A stretch of 64,000 nt of DNA from positions 29,873 through 93,872 of the forward strand of contig JAJYEE010000001.1 in NCBI GenBank assembly GCA_021790335.1. Reading direction: 5' to 3'. This DNA is from Pseudomonadota bacterium (GTDB lineage: Bacteria; Pseudomonadota; Gammaproteobacteria; Acidiferrobacterales; UBA6901). The number at the start of each line of letters is the position of its first letter. The stretch's first letter is position 1. Positions 40,358 through 50,442 of the stretch are shown here, in pieces. The position numbers and the translations under genes were made by a program. The notes under the pieces are model-generated. The model worked only from the letters and a program-made list of their open reading frames with translations. It searched no databases and was not told the origin of the DNA.

Positions 40358-40684
40358 TCAGGCCTTCCCCTTGCCGTGCAACCGGTTTTCGAAGGATACG
40401 AGCTTGCTGGCAACGCGCTGGCTATCGACACGATATGTGCCGCTCGAGACAGATTGGCGCAGCTGCTCCACGCGCTGACTGTCCACGACCGGCAATGATG
40501 CCATCACCGCTTCCAAGGTCTTGAGGTGCGTCGCCGTACCCGTCAGGCTGACCGTGTCGGCGATTGGCGTACTTGTCTGCCCCGATGGCGGGGCGCCGGC
40601 TTCCTGTTGTCCGGCCTTGGTCTGCGACCCCTCGCCGGCAATTTTGGCCTGGGGCGACGGCAAGCCGTTGATTTCAATAGCCAT
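40358..40684 (-). CDS. flgM: anti-sigma-28 factor FlgM
   Basis: 108 aa with a disordered N-terminus and C-terminal VDSQRVEQLRQSVSSGTYRVDSQRVASKLV. RBS AGGAG. A sigma28 promoter lies directly upstream. Confidence 0.85.
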   Translation of the reverse strand: MAIEINGLPSPQAKIAGEGSQTKAGQQEAGAPPSGQTSTPIADTVSLTGTATHLKTLEAVMASLPVVDSQRVEQLRQSVSSGTYRVDSQRVASKLVSFENRLHGKGKA

Positions 40685-40711
40685 GACTGTTTCTCCTGAT
40701 TCCTGGCTTGG

Positions 40712-40738
40712 TTAACGGCCGAATTCCCGCAAACTTTA
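40712..40738 (-). promoter_or_regulatory. sigma28 (FliA) promoter of flgM-flgN-ycgR
   Basis: Minus strand reads TAAAGTTT-N11-GCCGTTAA, against the consensus TAAAGTTT-N11-GCCGATAA. The -10 element ends 27 nt before the flgM ATG. Confidence 0.75.
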
Positions 40739-40762
40739 GGCGAACATTGCCATATACGCTAA

Positions 40763-41479
40763 TCACATCGGCACCCGTATTGAGCCGTTGTGGGTCACAA
40801 TGCCCTCTATCACCTTGTTGGACATGGAGTTACGTACCCGCACCCATTGCCCGGCTGCCCCATCACCCAGCGCACGCCCCTGCACGCGCACCTTCAGCCC
40901 TCCGACTTCGGCAATGATTGTTACCGGCATGCCGCGGCGCACCAGACGCTGACCTTGCATCATATTCGGAAGAAGCACTGTCCCGGCCGTGAGCGGTTGC
41001 CGTAGCACTTCGCCGTTCACCCGAAGCGGGTTGGATACATAGCCTGCCGTTAGGCTGCTCACGTCGCGCTCCGAGACGATGAAGTCCGCCGGAATAAGAC
41101 GAGTGTCGCGGACGAGAGGCCGTGCTGCAATCAGAACCTTGTCAAATACCTGCACCGTCGCCGGAACATAGAGCAACCAAGGCCGGCTCCCCGTGCAGCG
41201 CACACCAACAGTGGTCTCCCCTATCGCTCCCGCTCCCGGGGGCAAAGAGGTCCGCAAAGGTCGATTGCAGGCGGCCAGCCGCAGACGCGAATCAAGACGG
41301 CCAACTGCAATTTTCGTACGCCGCGGGCTGGAGGAATTTTGCCTTGCCAGAAAATTCCTGGCGGCCGTACGTATCGATCTGAGACTCTGGTAAGGACCGA
41401 CCGCATCCTGGGCCCGGGCGACAATGCACGTTGACCCCAGCAGAAGCAGCGCCAATGTGACCATTCCCCTTGCGGTCAT
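40763..41479 (-). CDS. flgA: flagellar basal-body P-ring formation chaperone FlgA
   Basis: Signal peptide MTARGMVTLALLLLGSTCIVARA, then SAF and FlgA C-terminal features (GQWVRVRNSMSNKVIEGIVTHNGSIRV). The ORF opens with TTG at 41485; the ATG is at 41479. Confidence 0.85.
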   Translation of the reverse strand: MTARGMVTLALLLLGSTCIVARAQDAVGPYQSLRSIRTAARNFLARQNSSSPRRTKIAVGRLDSRLRLAACNRPLRTSLPPGAGAIGETTVGVRCTGSRPWLLYVPATVQVFDKVLIAARPLVRDTRLIPADFIVSERDVSSLTAGYVSNPLRVNGEVLRQPLTAGTVLLPNMMQGQRLVRRGMPVTIIAEVGGLKVRVQGRALGDGAAGQWVRVRNSMSNKVIEGIVTHNGSIRVPM

Positions 41480-41485
41480 TGCCAA

Positions 41486-42832
41486 TCAACCCTCTCGGAC
41501 TTCATGAGCAAGCTGGTCAATCGCATCAAACAGCTTGCGTGTGACTGGATTCGTTTCCTGTAGCTTCACCATTGCCTTCTGGAAATCGCCTGCCGATGAT
41601 AGTTGCAGGATCTCAGTGCCCATGGTTTGCAGCCGGTTACGCGGTTCTGTCAGGGCGCGAAATCCAGACAGCTGGCCATATTGTTCCTGCTTGTCCTGAC
41701 ACCAGCGTTCCAGGCGTCCGGTTCCAGGGCCCTGGATTTCGTTTTCCGTCGGACCATTTTCGCCGATCACCGCCTCGGACAAGCGGGCCTTCCATACCAG
41801 GTGATCCGATTTTGCTGCCTGTAACAGAACCTCGTCCTGTCCGAAATCGGCCAGCAGATCCGCCTGATGTCCGGCGATTTCCGTAAGACTTTGGGCATGC
41901 TTGCTCACCGCAACGACCTGATGGTTCTCACCGTTCAGTGCCGAAGTGATGGCAGCCAGATTATTGGCCATCTCGCTCGATACCGCGCTCTGTTCTTCAG
42001 CCGCGACCGCGATCTGGTGCACTCTGTCGCTTACGTCGCGCACGACGCTGTTGCCATCGGCCAGCACCGAGGCAACCGTATCAAGGGCGTTGATGCTCTT
42101 GCTGAGACGTTCAAGGCTGGTGTTCACCGAGCTTCCTACCTGCTCGGACAGGGCATTCATCGTATTGGTTACTGATTCGATCTCCGTAGTCGCCTGCGCA
42201 GTCTTGTCAGCAAGTTTCTTCACTTCGTCAGCAACCACGGCGAAGCCACGCCCGGCTTCGCCGGCCCGAGCCGCCTCGATTGCCGCATTTAGCGCCAGCA
42301 GGTTTGTTTGATGGGCAATATCGCGCACGATCGCCGTGAGTTTGTTGATCTCGCGGCTGAACCCGACGAACTGATGCATTCCATCGGCCATGGATTTGAT
42401 GGCGAGTTCAAGCTGATCCATATCGCCCACCAGCGAAGAGATGTTTTCGTTGCCAGTGGCCGCCTTGGTACTACTCTCCTCGGCGCGCTTGGCCGCCTGC
42501 TGTGCAGTGCGGGAAATCTCCGTCGCTGTGGCTGCCATTTCCTCCACCGCAGTAGCCACGCTCGTTACGTTGTCCATGATGTGCCGAACTTCACGGCTAA
42601 AGGCCCCGTTCTTTGAAAGAATGTTTACGGCCTGATCCAGAATGTCGGCGCCATTACGTCCGATTTCCACCAACTTTCTGTTATTGGTGATCAGAGCCTC
42701 TGTGACGGGCGTCAAGGATTTGGCGGTGCCACGATGCTGACGCGCCAAACGGCTGAGTTGCCGGTGGTTCGAAGCCAGGGCTGATTCCAGCAAAGGAAGG
42801 GCCTGTTTCGTTAGAAGTAGCGGTTGCGCCAT
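41486..42832 (-). CDS. soluble methyl-accepting chemotaxis protein with C-terminal CZB-like domain
   Basis: No TM helices. Signalling hairpin [33 protein letters not shown]. The C-terminus [12 protein letters not shown]...RLERWCQ resembles the chemoreceptor zinc-binding domain. The stop lies 6 nt before the flgA ATG. Confidence 0.85.
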   Translation of the reverse strand: MAQPLLLTKQALPLLESALASNHRQLSRLARQHRGTAKSLTPVTEALITNNRKLVEIGRNGADILDQAVNILSKNGAFSREVRHIMDNVTSVATAVEEMAATATEISRTAQQAAKRAEESSTKAATGNENISSLVGDMDQLELAIKSMADGMHQFVGFSREINKLTAIVRDIAHQTNLLALNAAIEAARAGEAGRGFAVVADEVKKLADKTAQATTEIESVTNTMNALSEQVGSSVNTSLERLSKSINALDTVASVLADGNSVVRDVSDRVHQIAVAAEEQSAVSSEMANNLAAITSALNGENHQVVAVSKHAQSLTEIAGHQADLLADFGQDEVLLQAAKSDHLVWKARLSEAVIGENGPTENEIQGPGTGRLERWCQDKQEQYGQLSGFRALTEPRNRLQTMGTEILQLSSAGDFQKAMVKLQETNPVTRKLFDAIDQLAHEVREG

Positions 42833-42917
42833 GAATTGCTCCGATTACATGCAACTTAAAGGGGGCTTGTCACAGCCGACATGAACCTGTGTTCGCAGCC
42901 CCTGGTTATCGCGAATA

Positions 42918-42933
42918 TGCAATTGGCGTGCCT
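42918..42933 (-). promoter_or_regulatory. candidate sigma54 promoter for the MCP-flgA unit
   Basis: Minus strand reads aGGCAC-GCCAA-TTGCAt, with GG-N10-GC spacing correct against TGGCAC-N5-TTGCA. About 86 nt upstream of the MCP ATG. Confidence 0.5.
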
Positions 42934-42953
42934 AGGAAGCGGAAAAGGTAGGC

Positions 42954-42980
42954 TAAAGCGGGACAGCATTCGGCCGATAC
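42954..42980 (+). promoter_or_regulatory. sigma28 promoter of cheV-cheR
   Basis: TAAAGCGG-N11-GCCGATAC. The -10 element ends 25 nt before the cheV ATG. Confidence 0.65.
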
Positions 42981-43005
42981 GGACTTAAATACCCTAGGAG
43001 GAATC

Positions 43006-43941
43006 ATGGCAGGCGTACTTGATACCGTCGATCAGCGAACGCAATTGGCGGGCCGCAACCGCCTGGAATTGCTGTTGTTCCGCATCGGTGGCCGGCAGCG
43101 CTATGGAATCAACGTGTTCAAGGTGCGCGAAGTTCTCGAGTGTCCGCCGCTGCGCTCGATTCCATATGGCCATCACGGCGTGCGCGGGCTTGCCCATGTT
43201 CGGGGCCGCACGCTACCGGTAATCGACATGGGTCGCGTGATCGGTCAGCCGCTACCGGAGGATGTCCGTGGACTGTTTGTCGTGGTTACTGAATTCAATC
43301 AATCCATCCAGGGCTTTCTGGTGACCGGTGTCGATCGCATCGTGAATATGAATTGGGAACAGGTCCAGCCACCGCCGGCTGCCGGTGCGGCGAGCTACAT
43401 CACGGCAATCACCCAGGTCGATGACGACATCATCGAGATCATCGATGTGGAGAAGGTCCTGTCGGAAATCTGTCCATCAAATCTCGTGGTGTCCGGAGAA
43501 CTGGCAGGCCGTGGCACTGGTGGGGGCGAACGTCTGCCGATATTGGTCGTGGACGACTCCAGCGTCGCCCGCAACATGATCGCCCGTACGCTGGAACAAA
43601 TCGGCATCCGCTGCGTTTTGGCTGCCAGCGGGCGTGAGGGCCTAGCACTGCTGCAGCGGTGGGCGAGCGAAGGCACGCCGATCCGCGAGCGTCTGGCGCT
43701 GGTAGTTACGGATATCGAAATGCCGGAAATGGACGGCTATACGTTGACCAGAGAGATCAAGAGCGATGAGCGCCTAAAGTCGCTGCATGTGATTCTGCAT
43801 TCATCCCTGAGCGGAAATTTCAACGATACCATGGCAAGGCGCGTGGGAGCAGACCAGTTCCTTCCGAAGTTTCATCCGGATGATCTGGCGCGCGCCGTGC
43901 TGGACCAGGTAGATATTCATTCCCCCACCGGTGGCGCATGA
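43006..43941 (+). CDS. cheV: chemotaxis coupling protein CheV (CheW domain + receiver)
   Basis: N-terminal CheW-like domain (LLLFRIGGRQRYGINVFKVREV). C-terminal REC domain (ILVVDDSSVARNMI, VVTDIEMPEMDGYTLT). Confidence 0.9.
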   Translation: MAGVLDTVDQRTQLAGRNRLELLLFRIGGRQRYGINVFKVREVLECPPLRSIPYGHHGVRGLAHVRGRTLPVIDMGRVIGQPLPEDVRGLFVVVTEFNQSIQGFLVTGVDRIVNMNWEQVQPPPAAGAASYITAITQVDDDIIEIIDVEKVLSEICPSNLVVSGELAGRGTGGGERLPILVVDDSSVARNMIARTLEQIGIRCVLAASGREGLALLQRWASEGTPIRERLALVVTDIEMPEMDGYTLTREIKSDERLKSLHVILHSSLSGNFNDTMARRVGADQFLPKFHPDDLARAVLDQVDIHSPTGGA

Positions 43942-44092
43942 CGGCCGCAGTCCGTTGTTGTACCTCCCGTCCCTTCCGCTTGCAGATCGCCACAGTCCGG
44001 ATTACCTTAGCCCGGATGAGCCACATCACGATGTCCCCTATCCGGGACGTGACCCGCGCGTCCACTAGTATGATTTCTCGTGTTGGATTGCT

Positions 44093-44956
44093 GTGACCGA
44101 TGCGGGCATGACTTCCGAGGATTATGACGGCTTCCGGGTGTTTCTGCAGGAGGCCTGCGGCATCATGCTCGGTGATAACAAGCACTATCTCGTCAGCAGC
44201 CGGCTGAGCCCGCTGCTTGCCGAGGCGGGTCTGCCCTCGCTGCGCGAACTGCTTGTGCGCCTGAAGATCGGGACTGACCTACGATTGCGCGACCGAGTCA
44301 TCGATGCAATGACCACCAACGAAACTTCGTGGTTTCGCGACGGCACGGTTTTCGAACTGCTCAAGACCGTGATTCTTCCCAGCCTGGTCAAGTCACGTCC
44401 CGCACGGCTGCGGGCGTGGTCGGCAGGATGTTCCACTGGGCAGGAACCGTATTCGATCAGCATGGCATTGCAGGAATTTTCGCTGATGAATCCTGGTAAG
44501 GTGGCAGCCGATCTGCAGATCGTCGCCACTGACATTTCGCCCTCTGTGCTCAAACAGGCAGAGTCCGGCATTTATGATGCGGCAGCCATGGCACGCGGGC
44601 TGACGCCCGGGCGCCGCAGCCGCTTTTTCACGGCACGCGGCGGCCATTGGGAGATCAACACAGAGGTGCGCCAGCGCGTGAGTTTCAGGGAGCTCAACCT
44701 GAGCCAGAATTTTCAGGCATTGGGAAAGTTCGATCTGATATTCTGTCGCAATGTGCTGATCTATTTTTCGTCCGGGCTGAAGCGTGACATCCTGACCAGG
44801 ATTGCATCATTGCTCCTTCCTGATGGCTATCTGATCCTCGGCTCGGCGGAGTCGCTCGCCAATTATTCCGATGCTTTCGATATGCTGCGATTTCCAGAGG
44901 GGATCGTCTATCGGCTTAAGAAACATCCGGCGCGCGCCCAGCATCATCGTGTCTGA
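44093..44956 (+). CDS. cheR: chemotaxis protein methyltransferase CheR
   Basis: MTTNETSWFRD, RAWSAGCSTGQEPYS, DLIFCRNVLIYF. GTG at 44093, or ATG at 44108. Confidence 0.9.
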   Translation: MTDAGMTSEDYDGFRVFLQEACGIMLGDNKHYLVSSRLSPLLAEAGLPSLRELLVRLKIGTDLRLRDRVIDAMTTNETSWFRDGTVFELLKTVILPSLVKSRPARLRAWSAGCSTGQEPYSISMALQEFSLMNPGKVAADLQIVATDISPSVLKQAESGIYDAAAMARGLTPGRRSRFFTARGGHWEINTEVRQRVSFRELNLSQNFQALGKFDLIFCRNVLIYFSSGLKRDILTRIASLLLPDGYLILGSAESLANYSDAFDMLRFPEGIVYRLKKHPARAQHHRV

Positions 44957-45176
44957 TTCCTGCCGGAAGTCATTTCCTTGACGGCATGCCGGCCCTGAAA
45001 CGGGCTGGTACCCTGCGGATGCGCAGCGTGTGCGGCAATCATTGCCGCTCCGGCGGCGTGCGCTTGCCGGCCACCCGCCCTTCACTGCGGACAATCCCGC
45101 CTGTGGCGGTGCAATTCGTGCGCTGGTAACGCCGGAAGACACCCATTTCCCTTATATCCGTCATCATCGTGGAATC

Positions 45177-45192
45177 TGGCACGCGCATTGCT
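45177..45192 (+). promoter_or_regulatory. sigma54 promoter of flgBCDE...
   Basis: TGGCAC-GCGCA-TTGCTt matches the -24/-12 consensus, 38 nt before the flgB ATG at 45230. Confidence 0.75.
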
Positions 45193-45229
45193 TAATGCTC
45201 ACGCAAGAGATTCAAGTTGGAGCATGCGT

Positions 45230-45622
45230 ATGCCGATAAGTATCAATCAAGCTTTGGGAATATTGCCCGGGGCGCTGACTCTGGGTTCCCAGAGGGCGCA
45301 GATTCTGGCATCGAATCTCGCCAATGCGGATACACCCGGATACAAAGCGCGCGACATCGACTTCAGTTCCGCGCTTGCTGACGCCCACGGTAATACGCTC
45401 GCACTGGAGACCGCCGATTCCAGGCAGATGCAGCCGGCCGCCGCCCAGAACAGCGTTCCGTTGCTGTATCGCGTTCCCATCCAGCCCACGGTCGACGGCA
45501 ACACGGTTGATACCCAGGCGCAATACGCCGAATTCGGTCGCAACGCCTTGCAGTACGAGGCAGGCCTTACTTTTCTCACCGACCGGATCAAGACTCTAAT
45601 TACCGCGATTACAGGAAACTAA
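45230..45622 (+). CDS. flgB: flagellar basal-body rod protein FlgB
   Basis: LASNLANADTPGYKARD and C-terminal NALQYEAGLTFL. The ORF-track TTG at 45188 lies inside the sigma54 promoter, so a downstream ATG (45224 or 45230) is preferred. Confidence 0.9.
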   Translation: MPISINQALGILPGALTLGSQRAQILASNLANADTPGYKARDIDFSSALADAHGNTLALETADSRQMQPAAAQNSVPLLYRVPIQPTVDGNTVDTQAQYAEFGRNALQYEAGLTFLTDRIKTLITAITGN

Positions 45623-45625
45623 GCC

Positions 45626-46039
45626 ATGTCCCTGTTCAATGTCTTCAACATCGCCGGATCCGGTATGAGCGCCGAATCGGTGCGGCTCAATCTTACGGCG
45701 AGCAATTTGGCAAACGCTGACAGTGCTGCCAGCAGCACCGGGCAGACCTATCGTGCGCGTTATCCGGTGTTCGCGGCCATGGCGAATTCGTTCGCGCCGC
45801 AGGCTGGCGCCGAGGGCATACGCGTGCTCGGGGTAGTGCAAAGTCAGGCGCCGCTACGCTCGGAGTATGCCCCGAACAATCCGTTGGCCGACAAGAACGG
45901 CTATATCCATCTTCCGAACGTAAACGTGGTCGAGCAGATGGCCGACATGATTTCCGCCTCCCAGTCTTACCAGAGCAATGTCGACGTCATCAACACCAGC
46001 AAGGCGCTGCTGCTCAAGACCCTGACTCTGGGTCAATGA
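45626..46039 (+). CDS. flgC: flagellar basal-body rod protein FlgC
   Basis: MSLFNVFNIAGSGMSAESVRLNLTASNLANADS and VNVVEQMADMISASQSYQSNV. Confidence 0.95.
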   Translation: MSLFNVFNIAGSGMSAESVRLNLTASNLANADSAASSTGQTYRARYPVFAAMANSFAPQAGAEGIRVLGVVQSQAPLRSEYAPNNPLADKNGYIHLPNVNVVEQMADMISASQSYQSNVDVINTSKALLLKTLTLGQ

Positions 46040-46063
46040 GCCAGCGCAAAGCAATGAGGGAAA

Positions 46064-46768
46064 ATGCCGATGAGCACCGTCAATACGAATAGCAGCATCC
46101 TGGCGAACCTAGGGCTGACGCAGCCCCAGTCGGCCAGCACCAGCAGCAGCGCGGCCTCGATCGACATTTCCGGCGCTCTCGGAGAGCAGCAGTTCCTGCA
46201 GCTGATGGTTGCCCAGCTGCAGAACCAGGATCCGACGCAGCCCATGCAAAGCGGGAATTTTCTGGGGCAGCTTGCACAATTCGGCACCGTTAGTGGCATC
46301 CAGGGTCTGCAGTCATCGTTCAGCCAGTTCACCAGTTCGATGCAGTCGAACCAGGCGCTTATGGCGACGAGTCTGGTGGGGCATTCTGTGCTCGCACCGG
46401 GGTCTGCCGGCAGTCTGTCCGCCGGCGGCAGCATATCGGGGGCGGTCGACCTCGGCTCCGCCGCAAGCGACGTCGTAGTAGGCGTCTATGACAGCAGTGG
46501 ACAGCTGGTGAACAGCGTCGATCTCGGGCCGCAGGCGGCTGGCCAGGTGCCATTTTCCTGGAACGGCCAAAACAGCAACGGCGTGCTCATGCCCGCAGGT
46601 ACCTATCAGATCAAGGCCAACGTCATAAACGGCAGCTCAACCGTCGCGGCCAACACCCTGATCGCCGCCAATGTAGACAGTGTCAGTCTCGGCGGAAGCC
46701 AGGGAATCATGCTGAACCTGTCCGGCATGGGGTCCGTGCCCCTCAGCGCCGTCACGCAGATTTCATAA
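46064..46768 (+). CDS. flgD: flagellar hook assembly/capping protein FlgD
   Basis: FLQLMVAQLQNQDPTQPM and a C-terminal FlgD Ig-like part (FSWNGQNSNGVLMPAGTYQIKA). Confidence 0.9.
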   Translation: MPMSTVNTNSSILANLGLTQPQSASTSSSAASIDISGALGEQQFLQLMVAQLQNQDPTQPMQSGNFLGQLAQFGTVSGIQGLQSSFSQFTSSMQSNQALMATSLVGHSVLAPGSAGSLSAGGSISGAVDLGSAASDVVVGVYDSSGQLVNSVDLGPQAAGQVPFSWNGQNSNGVLMPAGTYQIKANVINGSSTVAANTLIAANVDSVSLGGSQGIMLNLSGMGSVPLSAVTQIS

Positions 46769-46798
46769 CCGGCACGCAGCGCACCAAGGAGAGCCCTC

Positions 46799-48022
46799 AT
46801 GGCATTCGGTTCAGCAATCAGCGGACTCAACGCTGCTACTTCGGATCTAAACACGATCGGCAACAACATCGCCAATGCGAGTACTACGGGTTTCAAGTTG
46901 TCTCGTGCCGAATTTTCTGATGTTTACCCGGCTTCGACCTTTGGGACCGGTGGCACAACGATCGGAAGCGGGGTGCAACTGGCGACGGTTGCCCAGCAGT
47001 TTACCCAGGGCAACATCAGCACCACCAACAACAATCTGGATCTTGCGATCAACGGCCAGGGCTTTTTCCGCCTGAGCAACAACGGCAGCATCGACTATAC
47101 GCGAGCTGGTGCCTTCGGTGTGAACAGTCAGGGCTACATAACTTCCAGCGATGGCCAGCATCTCACGGGGTATCTCGCAGGTCCATCAGGAAACATTACC
47201 GGTGCTCTGGGCGATTTGCAGATCAATACCGCCGATATCGCACCCCAGGCGACGCAGAATGTGACGGTCGGTGTCAACCTGAACGCGGCCGACACCGCGC
47301 CCACCCTCGCATTCAACCCGACCAACTCAGCGACCTACAACAACGCCACATCGACGACGGTATATGACTCGCTGGGCGCTACTCATCTGGCGACGATGTA
47401 CTACGCCAAGACCGCGGCCAATACCTGGAACACCTATCTTTACGTAGATGGTGTGCAGCGTGGCGGTCCGGATACGCTGGGATTCACGCCCAGCGGGGCG
47501 CTTGCCACTATCAATGGCGTGGCAGTTCCGCCATCGGCCATCAATTACCCCTCATTCAGTCCGGGCAGTGGCGCAGCCAACATAACGCTGGCGCTGGATT
47601 ATGGGCAGTCCACCCAGTTCGGCAGTTCGTTCGGTGTCAACTCCCTGACCCAGGATGGCTACACGACCGGACAGCTGACCGGAGTGAGCATCGATAGTAC
47701 AGGGGTGGTATATGCGAATTACAGCAACAGCCAGTCCCGTGCTCAGGGGCAGGTGGTTCTCAGCAATTTCGCCAATCCACAGGGACTGAATCCGCTCGGT
47801 AACACCACCTGGGCCGAGACCGCCAGCTCGGGAGTCGCATTGACTGGCGCACCAGGAACCGCAAGCCTCGGCGCCATTCAGTCCGGAGCGCTGGAGCAGT
47901 CAAATGTAAACCTGACCCAGCAACTGGTGGACATGATCACGGCGCAGCGCAATTTCGAAGCAAACGCAAAGACCATCACCACCCAGAGCACCTTAGACCA
48001 GACCATCATCAACATGCGCTAA
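46799..48022 (+). CDS. flgE: flagellar hook protein FlgE
   Basis: MAFGSAISGLNAATSDLNTIGNNIANASTTGFK and C-terminal LEQSNVNLTQQLVDMITAQRNFEANAK. Confidence 0.95.
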   Translation: MAFGSAISGLNAATSDLNTIGNNIANASTTGFKLSRAEFSDVYPASTFGTGGTTIGSGVQLATVAQQFTQGNISTTNNNLDLAINGQGFFRLSNNGSIDYTRAGAFGVNSQGYITSSDGQHLTGYLAGPSGNITGALGDLQINTADIAPQATQNVTVGVNLNAADTAPTLAFNPTNSATYNNATSTTVYDSLGATHLATMYYAKTAANTWNTYLYVDGVQRGGPDTLGFTPSGALATINGVAVPPSAINYPSFSPGSGAANITLALDYGQSTQFGSSFGVNSLTQDGYTTGQLTGVSIDSTGVVYANYSNSQSRAQGQVVLSNFANPQGLNPLGNTTWAETASSGVALTGAPGTASLGAIQSGALEQSNVNLTQQLVDMITAQRNFEANAKTITTQSTLDQTIINMR

Positions 48023-48047
48023 CGCTGCGGATTCAAGGAATCAGTCG

Positions 48048-48785
48048 ATGGACCATATGCTTTACGTCGCGATGAACGGCGCCAGCCAGACCATGCTGGC
48101 GGAGTCAGCGAACGACAACAACCTCGCGAACGCGGATACAGTCGGGTTTCTCGGCGACCTCGAGGCGTTTCGCTCGATGCCGGTTTACGGCCCGGGATAT
48201 CCGACTCGGGTCTATGCGATGCAGGAGCGCGCCGGAGTGGACTTCAAGCCCGGCATCATCAGGTCCACAGGCCGTCCCTTGGATGTTGCGATCAATGGAA
48301 ACGGTTTTATCGCGGTGCAAGCACCGGACGGAAGCGAGGCCTATACACGTGCCGGAAATCTGCAGATCTCTGCAAACGGAATGCTTACGACCGGCGCAGG
48401 CTACCCGGTGATCGGCAACAGCGGCCCGATTGCGATACCGCCATCGCAAAAGATCACGATTGGCTCGGACGGCACCATCTCGGTGCTGCCTGCGGGAGAG
48501 ACACCCGACGCCATTGCTGTCATAGACCGCATCAAGCTGGTTGATCCGCCCGTTGGCAGCCTCGTGAAAGGCAGTGACGGCCTGATCCGTCTGCAAAACG
48601 GAGGCAGTGCACCGGCCGACGCCAATGTGCATCTGGTCACCGGCAGCATCGAGTCCAGCAACGTAAACGTCGTGGATGCGATGGTCAATATGATCGCGCT
48701 GGCGCGCCAGTTTGAGATGCAGGTCAAGATGATGCATGCGACCAAGCAGAATGACTCGAGCGCTGCACAGCTCATGACCCTGTGA
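48048..48785 (+). CDS. flgF: flagellar basal-body rod protein FlgF
   Basis: MDHMLYVAMNGA..NNLANADTVGF and [27 protein letters not shown]. Confidence 0.95.
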   Translation: MDHMLYVAMNGASQTMLAESANDNNLANADTVGFLGDLEAFRSMPVYGPGYPTRVYAMQERAGVDFKPGIIRSTGRPLDVAINGNGFIAVQAPDGSEAYTRAGNLQISANGMLTTGAGYPVIGNSGPIAIPPSQKITIGSDGTISVLPAGETPDAIAVIDRIKLVDPPVGSLVKGSDGLIRLQNGGSAPADANVHLVTGSIESSNVNVVDAMVNMIALARQFEMQVKMMHATKQNDSSAAQLMTL

Positions 48786-48801
48786 GAACAGATCGTGAAT
48801 A

Positions 48802-48817
48802 AGGCTCGAAAACTGCA
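48802..48817 (+). promoter_or_regulatory. weak sigma54-like motif upstream of flgG
   Basis: aGGCTC-GAAAA-CTGCA has correct GG-N10-GC spacing but imperfect hexamers. It lies in the unusually long 124-nt flgF-flgG spacer. Confidence 0.3.
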
Positions 48818-48909
48818 TAGGATTCGGAGCAAGACGGCCGATGCCGTTGTCTCGGGACCGTGCCGAACTCAGTTCGTAAATTGTCACTGAATCAAAGCGA
48901 GGAACCAAA

Positions 48910-49695
48910 ATGGATCCGGCACTGTGGATAGCGAAAACCGGTCTGGATGCGCAACAGATGCGCATGGCAGTAATCGCCAACAATCTGGCCAACGTCAATA
49001 CCACCGGTTTCAAACGTGACCGTGCGGTCTTCGAGGATCTGCTTTACCAGACTGTACGCCAGCCCGGCGCGCAGTCGACGCAGAACACCCAGCTTCCCTC
49101 GGGCCTTATGCTCGGCACCGGCGTGCGACCGGTTGCCACGGAAAAGCTGTTTACCCAGGGCAACCTGGTCCAGACAGGCAATCCGCTCGATGTCGCAATA
49201 AGCGGCAGCGGCTTCCTGCAGGTTCTGCAGCCGGATGGAACCCTGGCCTACACTCGGGACGGCACGCTGCAGGTCAATTCTCAGGGGCAGCTGGTTACCT
49301 CCAGCGGCTATGTGGTGCAACCCGCCATCACCATACCGCCCAATACCCAGAGTATCACTATCGGCTCCGACGGTACGGTGTCGGCCCAGATCGCAGGCAG
49401 CGCCACGCCCAATCAGCTCGGCAGCCTGCAGCTGGCAAACTTCATCAACCCTCCCGGGCTCGAGCCCATGGGTAGCAATCTATACCAGCAGACCGCTGCG
49501 AGTGGCACACCCCAGACTGGTACGCCCGGACTCAATGGTCTTGGCACGCTGGTGCAAGGGTCGGTGGAGAGCTCGAACGTCAATGTGGTTCAGGAGATGG
49601 TCGACATGATCGAGACCCAGCGCGCATACGAAATGAATTCCAAGGCGATTTCCACCAGTTCACAGATGCTTCAGTTCCTGACCAGCAACCTCTGA
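48910..49695 (+). CDS. flgG: flagellar distal rod protein FlgG
   Basis: [35 protein letters not shown] and [27 protein letters not shown]. Confidence 0.95.
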   Translation: MDPALWIAKTGLDAQQMRMAVIANNLANVNTTGFKRDRAVFEDLLYQTVRQPGAQSTQNTQLPSGLMLGTGVRPVATEKLFTQGNLVQTGNPLDVAISGSGFLQVLQPDGTLAYTRDGTLQVNSQGQLVTSSGYVVQPAITIPPNTQSITIGSDGTVSAQIAGSATPNQLGSLQLANFINPPGLEPMGSNLYQQTAASGTPQTGTPGLNGLGTLVQGSVESSNVNVVQEMVDMIETQRAYEMNSKAISTSSQMLQFLTSNL

Positions 49696-49702
49696 TGCGG
49701 CG

Positions 49703-50401
49703 ATGCGGAAAAAAAAGCCGGTGGGAGCCATGACGAAGCGTGGACTGATTGCGGTATTTCTGGCCCTGGTGACGCTTGCCGGCTGCGCTACGGCGCCGGG
49801 CAAGCAGCCGGACTATGCGGCAACGGTGCCAACCCAATCCGCGGCGAACCGCAATCCCGGCGCGATCTACCAGCCGGGACAGGGCATGGATCTGTTCGCT
49901 GATACCCGGGCGCATCGTGTCGGAGACGTGCTCACAGTGGTGCTCCTCGAAAGTACCAGTGCGAGCAAGAATGCGACCACCGACACCAAGAAAGACACCA
50001 CAGTCGATCTGCCGACCCCGACGATATTGGGAGGCGCAGTCACGCACAATGGACAGGATATCTTCAACACCGGCATCAATGACAGCCAGAAATTCAGTGG
50101 TCAGGGCGACAGCAGCCAAGACAATACGCTGACCGGAAACATCTCGGTTACCGTGACACAGGTTTTGCCGAACGGAAACCTCGTGATCAGCGGCGAGAAG
50201 CTGCTCACGCTCAATCAGGGCACGGAAAAAATCCGTATTACCGGGATCGTGCGGCCTCAGGATATCCAGTATAACGACTCGGTGGTGTCGACCAAGGTGG
50301 CGGATGCACGGATCGTGTATACCGGAACCGGCGCATTGGCGGATTCCAACTCCATGGGCTGGTTGGCGCGCTTTTTCAACAGCAGTTGGTGGCCATTCTA
50401 G
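49703..50401 (+). CDS. flgH: flagellar L-ring lipoprotein FlgH
   Basis: Lipobox [52 protein letters not shown]. Confidence 0.95.
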   Translation: MRKKKPVGAMTKRGLIAVFLALVTLAGCATAPGKQPDYAATVPTQSAANRNPGAIYQPGQGMDLFADTRAHRVGDVLTVVLLESTSASKNATTDTKKDTTVDLPTPTILGGAVTHNGQDIFNTGINDSQKFSGQGDSSQDNTLTGNISVTVTQVLPNGNLVISGEKLLTLNQGTEKIRITGIVRPQDIQYNDSVVSTKVADARIVYTGTGALADSNSMGWLARFFNSSWWPF

Positions 50402-50442
50402 GAACCTGTGGCGGGTGGCTGCGGACAGACAGGGATACGGCA

